Assembly (NCBI GenBank): GCA_040954595.2
Contig: CM082578.2
Location: forward strand, 15,236,998 to 15,300,997
Direction of reading: 5' to 3'
DNA from: Balanoglossus misakiensis
Lineage: Eukaryota > Animalia > Hemichordata
DNA: 64,000 nt
The notes under the pieces were generated by a model, which saw only the letters and a list, made by a program, of their open reading frames with translations, searched no databases and had not been told where the DNA came from. Both the position numbers and the translations under genes were made by a program. Positions 26,002 to 40,646 of the stretch are shown here, piece after piece. How positions within the stretch are numbered: position 1 is the stretch's first letter; the number at the start of each line of letters is the position of its first letter.

Positions 26002-26457
26002 AGGGTCACCATTACTATACGTCAGTCAATTGCAATTTGGCAATGTACTAATGTTTTCTGTGTTTTTGTTGGGCGTTTTGTTACCATTATATGATCGCGT
26101 ACAGTTTGGCGTCATTGCTGAAGAATAATTGCGTTCATTAACGCAATCTTGAACATATGAGCTGGACGACAAAGTACACATCTCGTAGATATACTTCTTG
26201 GATGTAGTTATCCGATTCTTCAATCGCAGTATCAAGATCGGCTTCAGGAGTGTTTTCGATGATCTTCACGTCGATTTCGAGTAACGTGCCGTATTTAGCA
26301 TTGAGCAAGTCTCTTGTATTCAGCAAATCATCGAATCTTACTTGTTTGTCTTCTTCTCTTTCGTAAGCGGCAATCTGGACTTCTGCCTTGTTCAGCAAGT
26401 GTGTCATCTGACCGCGGTGCCACGTCTCGTTGCCTTCAGTTTGGAAAGGTCTGTCAT
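26002..26457 (-). pseudogene. Frameshifted N-terminal gag remnant of a BEL/Pao LTR retrotransposon
   Basis: Reconstructed across frameshifts: MTDLSKLKATRRG/HRGQMTHLLNKAE...LLNAKYGTLLEIDVKIIENTPEADLDTAIEESDNYIQEV...TLP(K)LQL..TYSNGDP. This resembles the BEL/Pao Gag N-terminal helical region and the LPKL.LP.F.GDP start of DUF1759. The ATG overlaps the end of the PBS. Confidence 0.8.
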
Positions 26458-26473
26458 CCTGGTCTCGGCACCA
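26456..26473 (-). promoter_or_regulatory. Primer binding site, tRNA-His type (TGGTGCCGAGACCAGGAT)
   Basis: 18-mer starting TGG, one mismatch from TGGTGCCGTGACCAGGAT (complement of an invertebrate tRNA-His 3' end, from recall). Lies between the LTR and the gag start. Confidence 0.8.
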
Positions 26474-26476
26474 AAA

Positions 26477-26816
26477 TTATCGACTGCAATTGGAAGGTTC
26501 TTTTGACAGTATCGAGTCTCGGACACCTGCAATCAGAGAATAATACTTCGGACTTTATTGCCAACTAGTAATGAGTAACAGCTAAGACAAACACAATACT
26601 GGAACAGCCTATTACAAAATTCGCAGGCTTTTATAATAGGTCTAAAGCGCGGGAAAGTCTTTGTTATTCAAATTAACACCTTTAATTTTTACATGGGCAA
26701 AGGAATTTTAAAGATTGCAAACTGTCAGAGTGCACAATCTCGCTTGAGATTGGTCCATTACAACTCAAATATGATTGGTCGATTCTAAATCCTGATTTTG
26801 CATCAAGCTCGATACA
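26477..26816 (-). mobile_element. 5' LTR (~340 bp) of the BEL/Pao element
   Basis: On the minus strand it begins TGTATCGA and ends TCGATAA (decayed inverted terminus) 3 nt before the PBS. It contains, in order, two CCAAT boxes (plus ATTGG ~26774, ~26749), TATAAAA (~26629-26635) and AATAAA (26554-26559). No second LTR or pol seen in the window. Confidence 0.7.
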
Positions 26817-28369
26817 TTTCAGCCAAGCTGTAGAAATCTATGTAAAGTCAGTCACGATAATAATTATGATACACCTATATGAACTCATTACAGATTTGTT
26901 CGGAACTGGTAAAGAAACTGCTGTAACATTTCATGTGTCTCGCCAGTCCCCCCCTCCTTCCCAAAAGCCCACTATCCAACCGATATCGAACATCAAATCG
27001 TATTGAAGAACCCATGGTTGAAACTTGGTCGACATAACTGGAAAAAAATCGATTCCCCACAACGAATTACATACATGGTGCTCCCAGGCAACTCGTATTA
27101 ATACATCCACAAGCACGATTTCGATCTCAAATGACTACTGTCGTTGAAATCAGAGCATGCTGTTCACGATTGCGCGTTCTCACTTCTGCCTCAAACGGAC
27201 GTGACGGGGCGGGATCACAGGGTTATCCATGTACGCTGTAAAAAAAAACATACATGTGTGAGAGGTTGCGGCTTCGGTTGGACCACAAAAGAAGATGATT
27301 ACAGATATTTGATTAATTGCAGTCTCCCTCTCTGGCAACCGGGAAGATTAACATTCCATTTGTTTTAAGGGAATTTATTAGCATACAAAGACGTCACCAA
27401 ACCAAGATGTACAGCGAAGAAAAGGGTACATAGCATATTGTCTTCTATCCGCATTGAGGATCGCGATTCGTCAAGGTCGGCGGTCAATCGAAATTGAACG
27501 ACTCGAAAGCTGCGGCTCGAAACTTAAGCGAAATATATCTATTTCATAGGTCATTCCAGAACAGAACAAGATACGCGAAGCGATACCAATTGGAAACTTA
27601 TTTTTAGATTTGGAAAAATTGTTTTCGACTACATGTCGCCGCGCTGCCACTTTCAATTAGATGATACAGAAACAAGGTTTCTTTGGCAAGACAAGAGTCT
27701 GCCACGTACGTGATTGAATAAGTATTGGTTTTTGTGGTTTACTTGGAGTTTAAAGAGATGTGCTACGAAACTCTAATTACATGTTAGTTACATAAAAATG
27801 TTCGGGTCAAATTTTTAAAACTCGCGTATGACAATACAAAAGACAACGTTTACACAGAACCTCTACAGTGCTGTGATTATTTTTGAATTTCCATGGTAAC
27901 AGTGGTGACATTTGCATAGACTGGTGAACCTATACCTTTAAATTCCTTCTTGTGATTAACTTAAAAGTCAGTCGTAAACTCATTAATGAAGCCCTCTTCC
28001 CCATAGCCCGAAGACTTGTTACCAATTGCGTTACTGCTTGAGCACATGCCTGGCTGTAATAGTAATACCTACATCAAGTTGATGCTAGGAATTTATTGTT
28101 TCTCAATCGAAATCACGTGAAATTATTGTCTCGCAGTTTCATAAAAAAATTCCTAGGGAAACGAAACTTTTATTTTTTTCAGAAGAAAAGTACTTGTGTG
28201 TCCATGATGCCGTCGGGATTTGGCACATAGTTCCTCGAACTCGGTAGCATCTTTATGTAACCAAGTCACGTTCACGCCTTCCAATGTATAATTATCCAAG
28301 CTAGGTTTTTTCTAAATTACATGTTTTAGCTTTTTGAGCATAGTAAGCCAACACATACAGCATTGGCAA

Positions 28370-28397
28370 ACAGACGGAGGGACAGACAGACAGACAA

Positions 28398-28458
<61 letters not shown>

Positions 28459-28471
28459 TACATAGACAGAC
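28370..28471. repeat. (GACA)n microsatellite
   Basis: Directly visible; explains the CLSV-repeat ORFs. Confidence 0.97.
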
Positions 28472-29798
28472 CACCGTGCAACACGATTGAGTCACTACAG
28501 GTCAATATTTGATAGTAGCCGTGCCGATCATGATAAATGCTGAGGCCTTTTTGCATACATTCACAAACTCTCAACTGATCTGGTTGCGTCTCCTGCCACT
28601 ATTACCGCAGGAAGATGATTGTGATAGCTTTTAACTGCGGACATTCGTCGCCATGACTACCTCTAACTGATTATACGCATATCACCAATTTTCGGAGGAA
28701 AAATTATTATCTTTCGACGTGATTGTGATAAAATTCTGAGAATGTGTAAGAACAGGTTGATACACGAGATATCTGATGTGATGTGTTTTATTGCTTTCAG
28801 GAAAACCTGCATTAGTTTATGGCCAAATGTTTTCTCATTATGTCCATTTTAATGTTTTCTTCTCTTCAAACCTGAGACCAGTCTTCGTCAGGGGATGGTG
28901 CTGGATATTACAAGGGAGTCGTTAAGACATCAAATGATGATCAATGCAATGTAGACAGACAACTTGTTTTTCAATGCGTCGAGAAAATGTGTAAGGGCAA
29001 CGTTAAACCGGCCTTCAGGCGCATTTTCTCTTAACTACGTCAGTCCGCGTTGTACGGTTTTTACATATCCCACGAGTAATCTCCACCATTACAAAGAGGT
29101 CTTCAGTAATAACAGTGTCGCAATAAATCAAATTATGACTTCCAATGTACAAGGCGCAAATTAATCTTGCTCTTCGAAGTCAGAAAGCCTGCTGGCCTAA
29201 ACAACAGTTGGTTGCCATGGCTTCCTAAGATTTTCGTACTTCACTTAAGTCAAGCGGATAAGCTGCTATTTGTCTTATTTGGCATTGCAGAGTTGCAGAA
29301 ATTACATAAGCCTCATATTGTGATAATCTAACTATTGGTCTCAGATTGAAATAATATGTCAAGATGAATGGTATTTTCATTCTCTGATCGATCAGCGAAT
29401 GAAACCGTAAATCGCGCAAGAATACCAATAGAATAACCAATCGTGATAATACACGCAGTCTTTGATAGTTTCATTTTGGGTCGTCTTAGTTTATTATCTC
29501 CACTAATTCCGCCAATTTAAGAGTAATCACGTGAATTCTTAAGTTGTCTCCCGCCACCTCGTATGATTCTTCCAGACCCTGCAGGCGTCCGCATTTCTAG
29601 CGTCGTCTCCAATCGGTTCATCTTGATTCCTGGTTGACGAAAGCAATTCAAGCGGTCGATAGGTTCATGGTCAGACGTTGCACTTTTCAGTGATTGAAGC
29701 TTTTGAAAAATGTAGTCGACGTAGTAGGGACTACACAGTTTGCTGTGGCATCACCAATTCCAATGTGTGGTTCAGTAAAGAACATTTGCATCAGTCTA

Positions 29799-29914
29799 AG
29801 ACAGAGAGGAGAGAAATAAACAGAGATAGAGACAGAGAGACAAAGAGAGAGACTGAGAGAGAGGGGGAGAGAGAGGGGGGAGAGAGACAAACAAACAGAC
29901 AGACAGACAAACAA
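29799..29914. repeat. Degenerate (GA)n/(GACA)n microsatellite
   Basis: Directly visible purine-rich simple repeat. Confidence 0.92.
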
Positions 29915-32900
29915 GCAGAACCCAGCCAACATAAAATATGTCACCGATGAATACTACCTTAAAACCATATCCTTGCATTGTGGTAGTCGTTGAATTGTTT
30001 CTCCCTGTACTTAATTATACGATTCGATAACAATTTAAGCAACCATCAATCTTCTACAGCTTGAAATGGCGAGCCAATTAAACCCAACAGAAACAGTGTT
30101 CGCAGAGATTAAAGATCATTGCGCACAGCTGACAAATTGAATAATGTACTTGTGATTACTTTTGTCAGTAATATAATCATTCACAACCATGTACGGCCTC
30201 CCTAACCGGTGATACATACAACTTTAATCCCCCTAAAATGAGCTGTCATTCATCTTACTTTAACGACAATTTCATCTTTTGAAGCTCCAGTCCTTTCGTG
30301 ACATTTGTGGTGGCAATGTGGTCTTTCTCAATGTATGATTTCACGAGTTGCATATTGACCCTGCTTGCTAACACACTAAAAATACCTCCGATACATATGT
30401 AGTCATTTGGATTGACTCTGTTTTATACATCAGCGGTGTTTTGCTCACACATATACTGGGTGGCCTGTCCATCTCCACGATGCAAAGGCATGGTCGCTCA
30501 TCAATAATGTCAAACATTAAAAATGGAAAGGACTTTGAGATCATGATTATGTTTGAGAATGACAACGTAAAACATGCTGAAATCGTATTTTCGGTGAGAG
30601 GCTTCATCCACATACTTTGGGAAGTGCAAAATTCTTCGAGTTAATTGATTTTCCATTTCTGTATTTTTTCCACATGGTGACGGAAGTGGCGTTTACGATT
30701 AGAAACAGATAAAAACACCCAAGATTCAAGATTCAAACGCCACATGTAGTGGCTTGATTTAGTAGATGATGTTTGCTGAAGTGTACACTACATTATTTTG
30801 TTTCAGTGTAAAATTACATCAAACAAAGACGAGATCATTTTAACAGGTTGGGGGCCTTGATCCGATAAAACGGATTTGTTCCAGCATTCTTGCAATAATC
30901 GTATCGGGAATCGCAAATCGTGATTTGTATCTAGGATCTCTAAATGGTGCGATAACTGCCGTAAAGATAAATCTTCATCCAATTTGTCAATGTCACAGGT
31001 ATTTAATCTAACAAACTCCTTCCCAGGACTTGGCAATGTGCCAATTAGCTTTCTTATTGCTTTTATTGATCCGCGTGATGGTGACGACCGTGTCTGTTAT
31101 TTGAATATTTGAATTAAGTATTTGCTCTTTGACCACTGCAGCTATTACACACATTCTTCTCACACTGGTTCATTTCAGTCGGAAGGATTTAGTCAATACA
31201 ATGACTGTGTCATGTGACATGGCAGTCACACATTCCGATGGCTGTCTCTGGTACATATAATACCACCCAGTCCTACTTGGCAAACAGGGACAGAAACTGA
31301 ATTCTATTTAACAATCACGCAATGTGTTAAAGCAGGATTGATTATAAAATCAAAGGAAACATTTGTGCATGTTTTACAAGCAATAGCCCCGTCAGTTGTG
31401 ATTTTATAAAGAACAGATCCATCGAGGTACACTTTACATGCCTGGTTGAACAAAAAGTAGTGATAGCTATGCAGGGCCCTGTTATCTGAACTGCTTGCAA
31501 ACGAATAGACTTCTGATAAATATTGCATCCAGCGGCTCCGAGTTTTACGATTAAGTATTGCCGTGCGATGAGGTTTTTCTCTTCTATGTTTTGCATTCAC
31601 TTTCAGTATCCGTATGCATATAGTTTGTCTATAGACACTGTATCACAACACCAAACAAGTAATACCGCAATGCTGCCGACAGCATTGCCATCAGAAAGAA
31701 ACGAATACCGTTTTAGTATTTATTTATGTAAATCAGCAGGAACCCGGATTTGGTTTAGACGTGGATATCACGGGAATACTATAAAGGCCAGACAGTGGCA
31801 TCTCACCGGAGACACAATTTCTTATATCTGATGTTATTTTAATGATTTTCTGGCGACATGAAAATACGGTATATAAATAATTACATTACAACCCTTGTGA
31901 ACATACCGAGTCATGATTAATAAACACTTATGACCTACCGTAATCAAATTTACACATACAATGTTGTAGAAGTAGACAAAGAATAATAGATCTGAGTGTA
32001 TACCCAGGGACAAGCGCAATAGGTCTTGTGTAATAAATTGTGAATCCATGGCATGGTTTAGCATTGGAAATATAGATAAACAGAATCTCAAACATCACGA
32101 AACTCAACTGCCTGCGAAGAAACACATTGCATATAGACGGTGGCGTTAGTAACTCAGTGTGTGATATAAGAATGGCTCATTAAGTGACATTGATGTGAGT
32201 GGTTGACAGGTGTAGCAATTTGCTCCCTCCTTCTCAGTCATCACGGTTAATGGAAGAGATCGTTCTGTCACATTGGATTTGCATTAGCCATTTGTAGATG
32301 ATGTCACTGTAACAAATGACGATGGTATAATATAGAATGAATCAAGAAAACGGTTTACGTGGGGAATCGATATCTCTTTATGTTATTGACAGCTAATACT
32401 CACAAAGCACTACCTTTGCTCTGTTGCAATCTATGATGACGTTTGACCTGAATACATGTTTCTAGTCTGAAAGGGACTACGTTTGCACTGTACAAGGAAC
32501 ACGGACGAATACTATCAAATCGAACTTTTTTACAAATAAAATGTGCTAAAATATCTCAAATTGTAAAAATCGATCACACACAGTCAAAAGACGGAGATTG
32601 TGCCTTTGAGATGAGCATTTACGTTGTGCCCACTGTTCATGAAAAAGCGTTCCACACAAACTTTTGTGAGTTTACACCAGTACTGACGGATGTCAACCAT
32701 ATTTTACCTAAAGTATCTTTTTTTCAACACCAATGTATTTGATTGACAAGAATATAATGTCTGGTGATTAGCTAGCATGTATCAACCTGTCAGGATGCCG
32801 TCACCATGACAATAGTCATATCCTGTTTATCATCACACCGCGCTTCATCTTAGTAGGAACAGTGTCTCCTTTCAATGGAAATTTTTACAAATCACTTTCC

Positions 32901-35900
32901 TCTAACAAACTCCAATTTTCTGACTTCATTCGTTCAATTTTTCATTAGGACGACATCAAAAGTCAATTAGTTGTTCATTATGGATCAGTGGCTAGCAATA
33001 TGTCTCCAATTTTCTTGACTGTGCGGATTTTCTGTACATTACTGTATATCTGTATGTGTTGTGATAAAAGTTTCATCGAGAGCCAGAAGTCTCATTTATT
33101 TTTCAGCTTTCAGTCGGGGCATAATCCATGAACAATGGATCGCAAATGTCTGGCATTCTCTCGTGAAGACGACATTTTCCAGATCTAATGACACATTTAC
33201 GTCACGCGGATCATTTCCCAGTATCTCTTGAAAAGGAGCTGATCCACTTATTGTGAAGTTGTTGCCAACGGAGTCTCTTCAAAAGTGTGGACATCTGAGC
33301 AGAATCACAATTTCGTTTGGAAAGTTTTTTAGTTGTGTTCGCACGGCCCATGCACTGTCGTCATTCTGTTCGTATGCGGATTGCTTGAAAGGGGTATAGT
33401 GAACACCTAAAAACTTGTAATAACCTAATGATTATAATAACAATACACGATCGTCTTATGCACATGTGCGTTTTTTCGTGTGTACAAACATTACGTCCAA
33501 TCCAAACGATCAGCAAATTTTGACTACATAAATTGGAAGCCATAAATCTAACCGATTGTATATTGTGAAATTTGAAAATGAAAATACTTTGTTGTACGAC
33601 ATATTATATTATTCACATCTCCACTGATGTAAACATGAAATTACGTTTTACAATCATGAAAAGAAACCTTAAAATCGAACGCAAAAAGATATTTTCACAA
33701 TGAATTTGACTATTATTAGCAACCAATTAGTGATTTCACCCAACATGTAGATTAAGTAAACGGGAGAAGTTAGCACGTGTGCTCGAAATGTCAAGGACAA
33801 CAGTTAGCTGGGCACTGTCCTAATAAATGACTTAACTGCACGATTTCATGAAATGACTCCATGTGTGACTTCCTTGCAAGACTTCATTTATACTCATACA
33901 TTTGTTGACTCAGAGCCCCTATACACAAACGTTTTCCCGATGTGATAGAGTATTGTTAGTATGGTTATCATACTTAGGATTCGGATTGCCGAATAGTTCG
34001 TTACATCAGTTTTCTGATGTCAGAAACCAAATTAGAAAACCGTTCTATTCATCAACGTTTGCCATCAATTTTCCATGATGTCACGGACCATTGCTCTAGA
34101 GCGCAATGAATGCAGATGGATTCGGTTGTGTCACGAAACCAGCACATTATTCCAACCTACAATGAAATTTTAATGGTATAAATGTCAACAGATTATGCCC
34201 GTGAGCTCAGAGTGCTAGTTGTCATTATGATTGTTAGAACTGTACCGCTACCATGGCTACAGCAACTGTATACACTCTGCTACGGAAGTCTCATTTGCAT
34301 AATTCAACTTTTCAATTGATTCTGCATACCAGAGAGTGGAGGGGGCGCAGTATTTACTGTATAAACTGTACGTGCCCATGAAACTCTCTTTGCATGACTA
34401 TTATATATTCCTGCCCTACAGCGACACCCGAGAAACCCTGAAAACATTCTCACATGCTCACTGCGACTACAGTATTTACCGTCTTTTGACTGAAAGCGTT
34501 CCATACAGTGCTTTGAAAGGAACTAGCCATCCGGTCGCCAGATTAAACAGAACCTTGTAGGATGTTTTCAATATGTTATGATTAAGAGGAAATAACCTGA
34601 TCCTTAGAATGAAAAAATAAGCAGGCTGTGATCAAATTGCCTGGTTTAATATAAGCTTATGAAAAGTCCAGGTCACCGGCAAATATCCAGAAAAAAAACT
34701 TGTCAATATTCAGTCGGGCAGAATGATAAATGATAAACATTGTAATATGTTGGTGTGTTAAACAGTATATCTTTCCCATAATAATAAAAATCACCGTTGG
34801 CGTTCTTTCCCATGGGACATACATGTATGCTAGTAGACTATGATATAAAAAGGGCGGCCTTTAGACAAATTGTACATTGATGTCCTACTAATTAGTTGAA
34901 AATTAAATATTCATTGCTAAGCAGAAACCGTGTTTCAGTTATTCTTAATTCTTTGTTGCAGAAATTAACAGTGACAGTGATATTATTAGTGACAGCGGTC
35001 GTTTCGAATGTGACCGACTGCCGACTTTTATGATGCGTTGTAAATTATAACAGTATACTCTTTCCGCTTGACTGGATTATTGAGCACCGGCTTGGGGTCA
35101 ATTCGATGCAACAGGTGGCACATAAAATCCCAAAATAGAGATAGTATTGAATCTTATAATATAATCCTATTATTTTGTTATCGACGCTCTTTGTAATATG
35201 ACAGACTTTTTTGTTTCTGTGGTCCCAACACTTGGAAAATATAAGCATTGCCAACACCCATATCCAAAATAAATTTTAAACAGAAATTCTGATATATGCA
35301 GAGCTTTTTGTTTTTTGTTTACTAATAAAAGCATACACCGAACGGGGACTAATGCAAATGATGCGTAGATATTATACTAACGAGGCAAAAATAAGACGTT
35401 TTCATCATGCTACTTGACCCATTGGATACCCGTCCGACGACAGCTGCCGATGACCTCATTTCTACAATTTTTGAGATCATTGGCCGAATAAATAATACAT
35501 TCATATAAGTCGTATGCATTAAATTATTGAAACCTGCGCCATAAAAAGAAATCCTCTAATGGGCTTTTGAATCTTTTCCTTTCACACTGTTGCGGTATCA
35601 GCATGTTCCTTGACACGCGATGTTCCTTCACAACCCTTTTTGATAGGTGACTGCATTTGGGTGAATATCAAACAACTAGAAACGTCAATAGCTTGAGTAG
35701 TTTAAAATACAAGGACATGGAAGTCCCAGGAAGTGCTCTTGATTCCATGCACTCTATGAATTTTCCATTCAAGTATTCGGCTTTGAAATATAAAAGATTA
35801 AACACAAGTGATACGGACATTACTTTGCTGAAGGAAGCACGAATAAAATAAGTATTCTCTCCTCTCTCCATAATTATACGTTGAATGCAAAGCTTTAACT

Positions 35901-36807
35901 TATTTCCAGAAAACCCAGAAGCGTGTGTAACTAGTACTGTTTTGGACATGATAACTGATAGTATCGTGATTGTAGTACGTCGTGAGGTATGCTGATAATG
36001 TTGAAACACGACGACAAACGTCTAGGCTGTTTGTTCTGGGATCTTTCATTGATTTACAAACATGAATCAGGTTTGTACTGGAATACCTAATTATAGTAAA
36101 ACCGGACGACTCTGCAGTATTTGTCTTATTCCTTGCGGCAATTATCATTTCTTTATCTGTTTAAGCATTCTTAACATTTATGAAATTACGATATCATTTC
36201 ATGTGTAAGGGTGAGAAGAGAATATTCTACGCAATACTTAATTGCAAGTATTGGTTTTTAAACACGTAATGCCCAATTAAAAAAAAAGAAAGTTTTAAGC
36301 GTCATACACAGCTAGCGTGTTGTTCACGTGGTTACTATAAACGGCATGTGCCAAGACTCGACAGTCTACCCGCATTGACAATAATGGGGAATGTGTAATT
36401 TCATGTGTTATCTCAATTTTAAAATTATAGTTTTGCCGCATGCTTCGCCTGCTTTCATACAGCGCACGCGGGCTAACTCAAGCCTAGAAAATAGAAAGAC
36501 TAATCTTGGAAAAACTGTGACTGGTGATTTCAAACTCTGCACAAGACAATAAATTTAGCGCCAGAAAACCATGTGTTATATACCGCAATACAAACAGACT
36601 GACCAGATTCACTTGAGACGATCCGATAATTGCCGCTTAGTTGCCCGGAAGTAGTGATTCAATAAGTAATGAAGGAATAACCATCAACCATCTTATGCAA
36701 TGTACCGTGTTGAATATTTTAAACATGTATAATATTACACTGTCGCATGATTGTATATTTAATGATGCCGTATAGTATAACAAGCATACAAAGCTTGTTA
36801 CAGAATT

Positions 36808-36841
36808 TGTCTCTCTGTCTGTCTCTCTGTCTGTGTCTGTT

Positions 36842-36882
<41 letters not shown>

Positions 36883-36908
36883 GGATGTTTGTCTGACTCT
36901 CTGTCTGT
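36808..36908. repeat. (TC)n/(TCTG)n microsatellite
   Basis: Directly visible. Confidence 0.93.
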
Positions 36909-39900
36909 AGTAAGCGAAGACAGATAAGAGATTTCAACTATAATGGGTTTTAAAGACATCTAGTCTTGCACTGTAACCAGCACGCAGCATCTTTTGTTAA
37001 GACACTAAACAAATATCAATCGTGCATATGGTACTGTTGAGTAAGAAACATACATTTCACATCCAGAAACTTTGAATGTAAGCGAGAATGAAATGTCGTG
37101 ATGGGTCTTCATTTGAGCTCAATTCTAACGAATCATTACGTGCTAGGCAAGATTTAATCCGAATCTCCGTGAGATCGGCATCGCAGTTCATTTTATAGTG
37201 TTTCACGTCTTTTGAACAGTCAAGCAATCTACGTCTTCGACTGTCATATTGCCAAGTTCTTTTGTAGTCCGTTTTGGGAATTTGACGGAGACTTTCGATT
37301 CACGTCATGGGATTTAATAACCTGTCAAAAAGCCCTAACAAACGAACAATAAACTGACTTCACAACCGAATGAATAAAAGTAAACGTGTCGATTGCTTGA
37401 TGAAGGATTTCTGATTGAAGTCATCGGTCTCCACATATGTCATTTTGAGCCGACAATGTCTCCAATATTGAATATAATTTAGTAATGAGGTAATAATCAT
37501 CAGACATAACTTATACCTTAAATTGAAAGACACTGTTAAAAAGGTTTTGGTGGATTTTTCATCAAACCTAGTAAAGACAGTTTTGATCAAGGCTTTACTT
37601 GCTACTTACAAAAGTTACAATTAGCATACCATAGAATATCAAGATAACGACGGTGGCGTACTTCATTGAGAATATCTATTTTGCATTTTTCTACAAAAGC
37701 GCTCATTAATATAAATGAAGTTGTTAATCTACAAGAATTTTCTTTGATAAGCATAAAATAGCTGATACTTATCCATCCCTTGATACAGCTATTTCGTTTA
37801 GCCATGTTTGTTTATCAATTATTAGACTGATTAGTGTGTTAAATATTTATGTGCTGGGAAGCCCCTGTGACGGTATTAAATATTATAAGGGTAGCTTATC
37901 GAAGCACTGCATAGAGTAATAAAAGATGTGATCTTCACATAGGGATCATTGAACGCCAAGAGAATGTAAATAAGATACATCGGGGCAATATTTTATCGCA
38001 AAGTAAATAGTTTTAATGTACTCCGTAAACCCAGTACAACTTTTATCCATATGATCTCCTGCCTTTCAAAACCCCAATGATAACTCCAAATCGACCTTAT
38101 CTAGTTTTGAATTTCCAGGGGCCAAATGCGGCCAACTGGAACCCAGTGACAGATGATGGACATAACGTGGCCAAACGCATGCCGCCACCAGCAGCCCTTC
38201 AGATAAATGGCTGTGGATTTTTCTGAAATCGAGTTATTATCGTTTTGCCCCCCGGCCGCAGTGATTCGTGATCAACTCTTCGGAAAGACACGTGACATTT
38301 ACCAAAGATGAGGGGCTCGTCACGAGAGTGTCACGCACCAATCGACGGATAATTACATGAAAGTAAAAAAGCTTTACCATGTAGACCATCACGTGACTTC
38401 TCAGTACATCGCAGGTGTGCGACGTTCATTTTATCGACATGCACTGTCAATATGTTGATCGTTTTCACTATTTGACTGCTGCGGCATGACGAAACCCAGA
38501 AAGCAAACGCCTTTCATTCAAATAAAGCACAACGTCACCTCACAGACAAAATACAATAACATAAAATTTTACAGTATAAAATAATAGACCTTTTAGGTCT
38601 CAGCGCTATCGTTCTGTCTGCGGACGTGCAGTTAAGATATATTATTTACAGCTGCATCAATCCTCGTCGAGACCCAAGTTTCGGGTTCCCGTTGGATTCG
38701 TAAAACTGCCCCCTTGAGACTCGTTCCGTCCTTTATTCTGACATAAAAGACGAAAACTGGTGTCATCCCACTCACCTTTAAATTAGGAGTAAATTTAGAC
38801 TGGAATTATATATATTAAAACATAATGCTCAAGGGCATGCATTTGAGGATAATAAAATTTAACAATTTGAAAGCCTATTCTACACATCGCATGTTATATA
38901 TAAAGTCGCATAAATTTACGAGACAAGAAAATGCAAGATTGTCTGTCTATCTCTCTCTCTGTGTTCGGATTAGACACGGCCTGATAACATTTCTATGTTA
39001 GACTTTATGCTTTTTAGAGAAGCAAGAATAAAATACTAATGGTGCAGTCAGCTTCTATTCAAGTCTCTATCCTCGACTACGATCTGTACAAATTATACCA
39101 CTCACTTGGAATCGTCTTAGATTTGACCACGCTAATGAGACATGCTTACCGATAACATTTATTGCAATCTCGCGGGTTAGTTAACAATTCAAAAGCCCCA
39201 GTGGTTGCAATACCAATGGCATTGTTGATAAATTAAACCAAACTATGCGACGAGAAATATAATGAGAGGTTTGTTAGGGATCAAATCCGATTTTGTAATG
39301 ATTAGTCTGGGCATGATTAAGTAGGTGTCATGAAGTACACGTGATCAATAGCCGAGACAAAATACCACGCCGGTATAAATATCAAACTATCAACACACTG
39401 GATTTCTTTAGGAATACAATGGCGAAATTTTGCCATCACTTAATGGTGAAAATCACCTCTAATTCATGTATATGGTCAAAATGGTGTGTCTATAAGTCTT
39501 GTAATGACCATGTGGTGGCGCAATTTTTTGCGTGGCCACTCATGAAAAGATGTGATTGTCTAGACTGTGGCTAATCAAGTCAAGAATATTTTTTGAAGAC
39601 ATCACCTACGTGGCAATTTGAAGAATCATATGCGATGCATGTCTTTTGGATTTTCCCCTCGAGTTATGCATGGCACTATCATAATTCTTTTGGATATTAA
39701 TATTTTATTTCTGTTCACTGTGGATTTCCCTTTATAAACAATACTGAAACTAATAAGTTTTGGTATGTATGTCGATTATAGTGATCATTGTACTGGGAGA
39801 GTTCAGATTATCTCTCTAGCTTTACTCCACGGAATTCTAAATCAAATAAATATCACCAGTGAATAATAAAGCTGTAATAATATTCAGCAGCGACTCAGAA

Positions 39901-40109
39901 GCTGCCTAACAGTAATGAGTGTGCATCTAGGGAAACCAACGCCAGGATTGACTACGTTTCAATAGTCAAAATAATTAAATTCTCCTTATGGTGTATTAGT
40001 CAAAAGAGACGCCGACTGATCTCACGGCTAAATATACGGAAATGTTTTCATTTTGGAAGTGCATGAAATTGACCAGAAACAAATACAGTGATATGTGAAA
40101 ACTATGACT

Positions 40110-40260
40110 TTGCGCGCGGGCGAACAGTCGCCATGGTGACAAAAACTCCATTGGTTGATTCATAATTTATGTGCCGCTGTTGCCCTGCATGGTTTTAACA
40201 GGCACTGCCCGTATTGTAATCTCCAACGATCTTCGAAATGATTGGTTCAAAATAAAACCT
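40110..40260 (+). promoter_or_regulatory. Candidate GPCR promoter: RFX X-box-like palindrome and two inverted CCAAT boxes
   Basis: GTCGCCATGGTGAC at 40127-40140; ATTGG at 40150-40154 and 40241-40245; CpG-rich patch at 40112-40122; lies just upstream of a predicted 5'UTR intron. Confidence 0.4.
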
Positions 40261-40353
40261 ACTTATGTATTCACTCTTGCATAAATTAGACCTCGAGGTA
40301 AACATGCTTTCCAGCAGCAGGGAATTCTCGGTGCAGTCTGTGTTGAATTTCGT

Positions 40354-40528
40354 GTAAGTCGCGTGCACTGTCGGGTTTAATGCGTGACACCCCCTGAAAT
40401 ACTACCGCAACAGCTTGAAATCTCATTTCAGCGCATACACTGGCAGGCCAGATAACGCTGTACTCTCCATGACTACATCAGGGTGCCAACTTTGAAATGT
40501 TGTTTTTTTTCTTCGCTCGTGGCTGTAG
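40354..40528 (+). other. Predicted 5'UTR intron of the GPCR gene
   Basis: GTAAGT donor at 40354-40359; T-rich tract and TAG acceptor ending at 40528, 118 nt before the ATG. The donor is less certain than the acceptor. Confidence 0.45.
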
Positions 40529-40646
40529 GTAATCTTAATCCTGCATTGGATAGCGAGCAGTCTACGTAGGTCCGGCCGACGACAGGCGTGGAATCATTGT
40601 CACATCCATTTTGTGCCTTACATCGAAGGGAGTTCATCTTGCCGCC

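Noticed and set aside
27930-28535. Second HINE-like element around the (GACA)n tract
   Set aside because: A degenerate hairpin flanks the microsatellite, but no matching opposite end or core repeats were found.
28301-29978. CLSV/ERER low-complexity ORFs (also 36719-36937)
   Set aside because: Translations of microsatellites.
30803-31096. ~98-codon open minus-strand stretch as an exon
   Set aside because: Weak acceptor, no recognisable homology, no partner exons.
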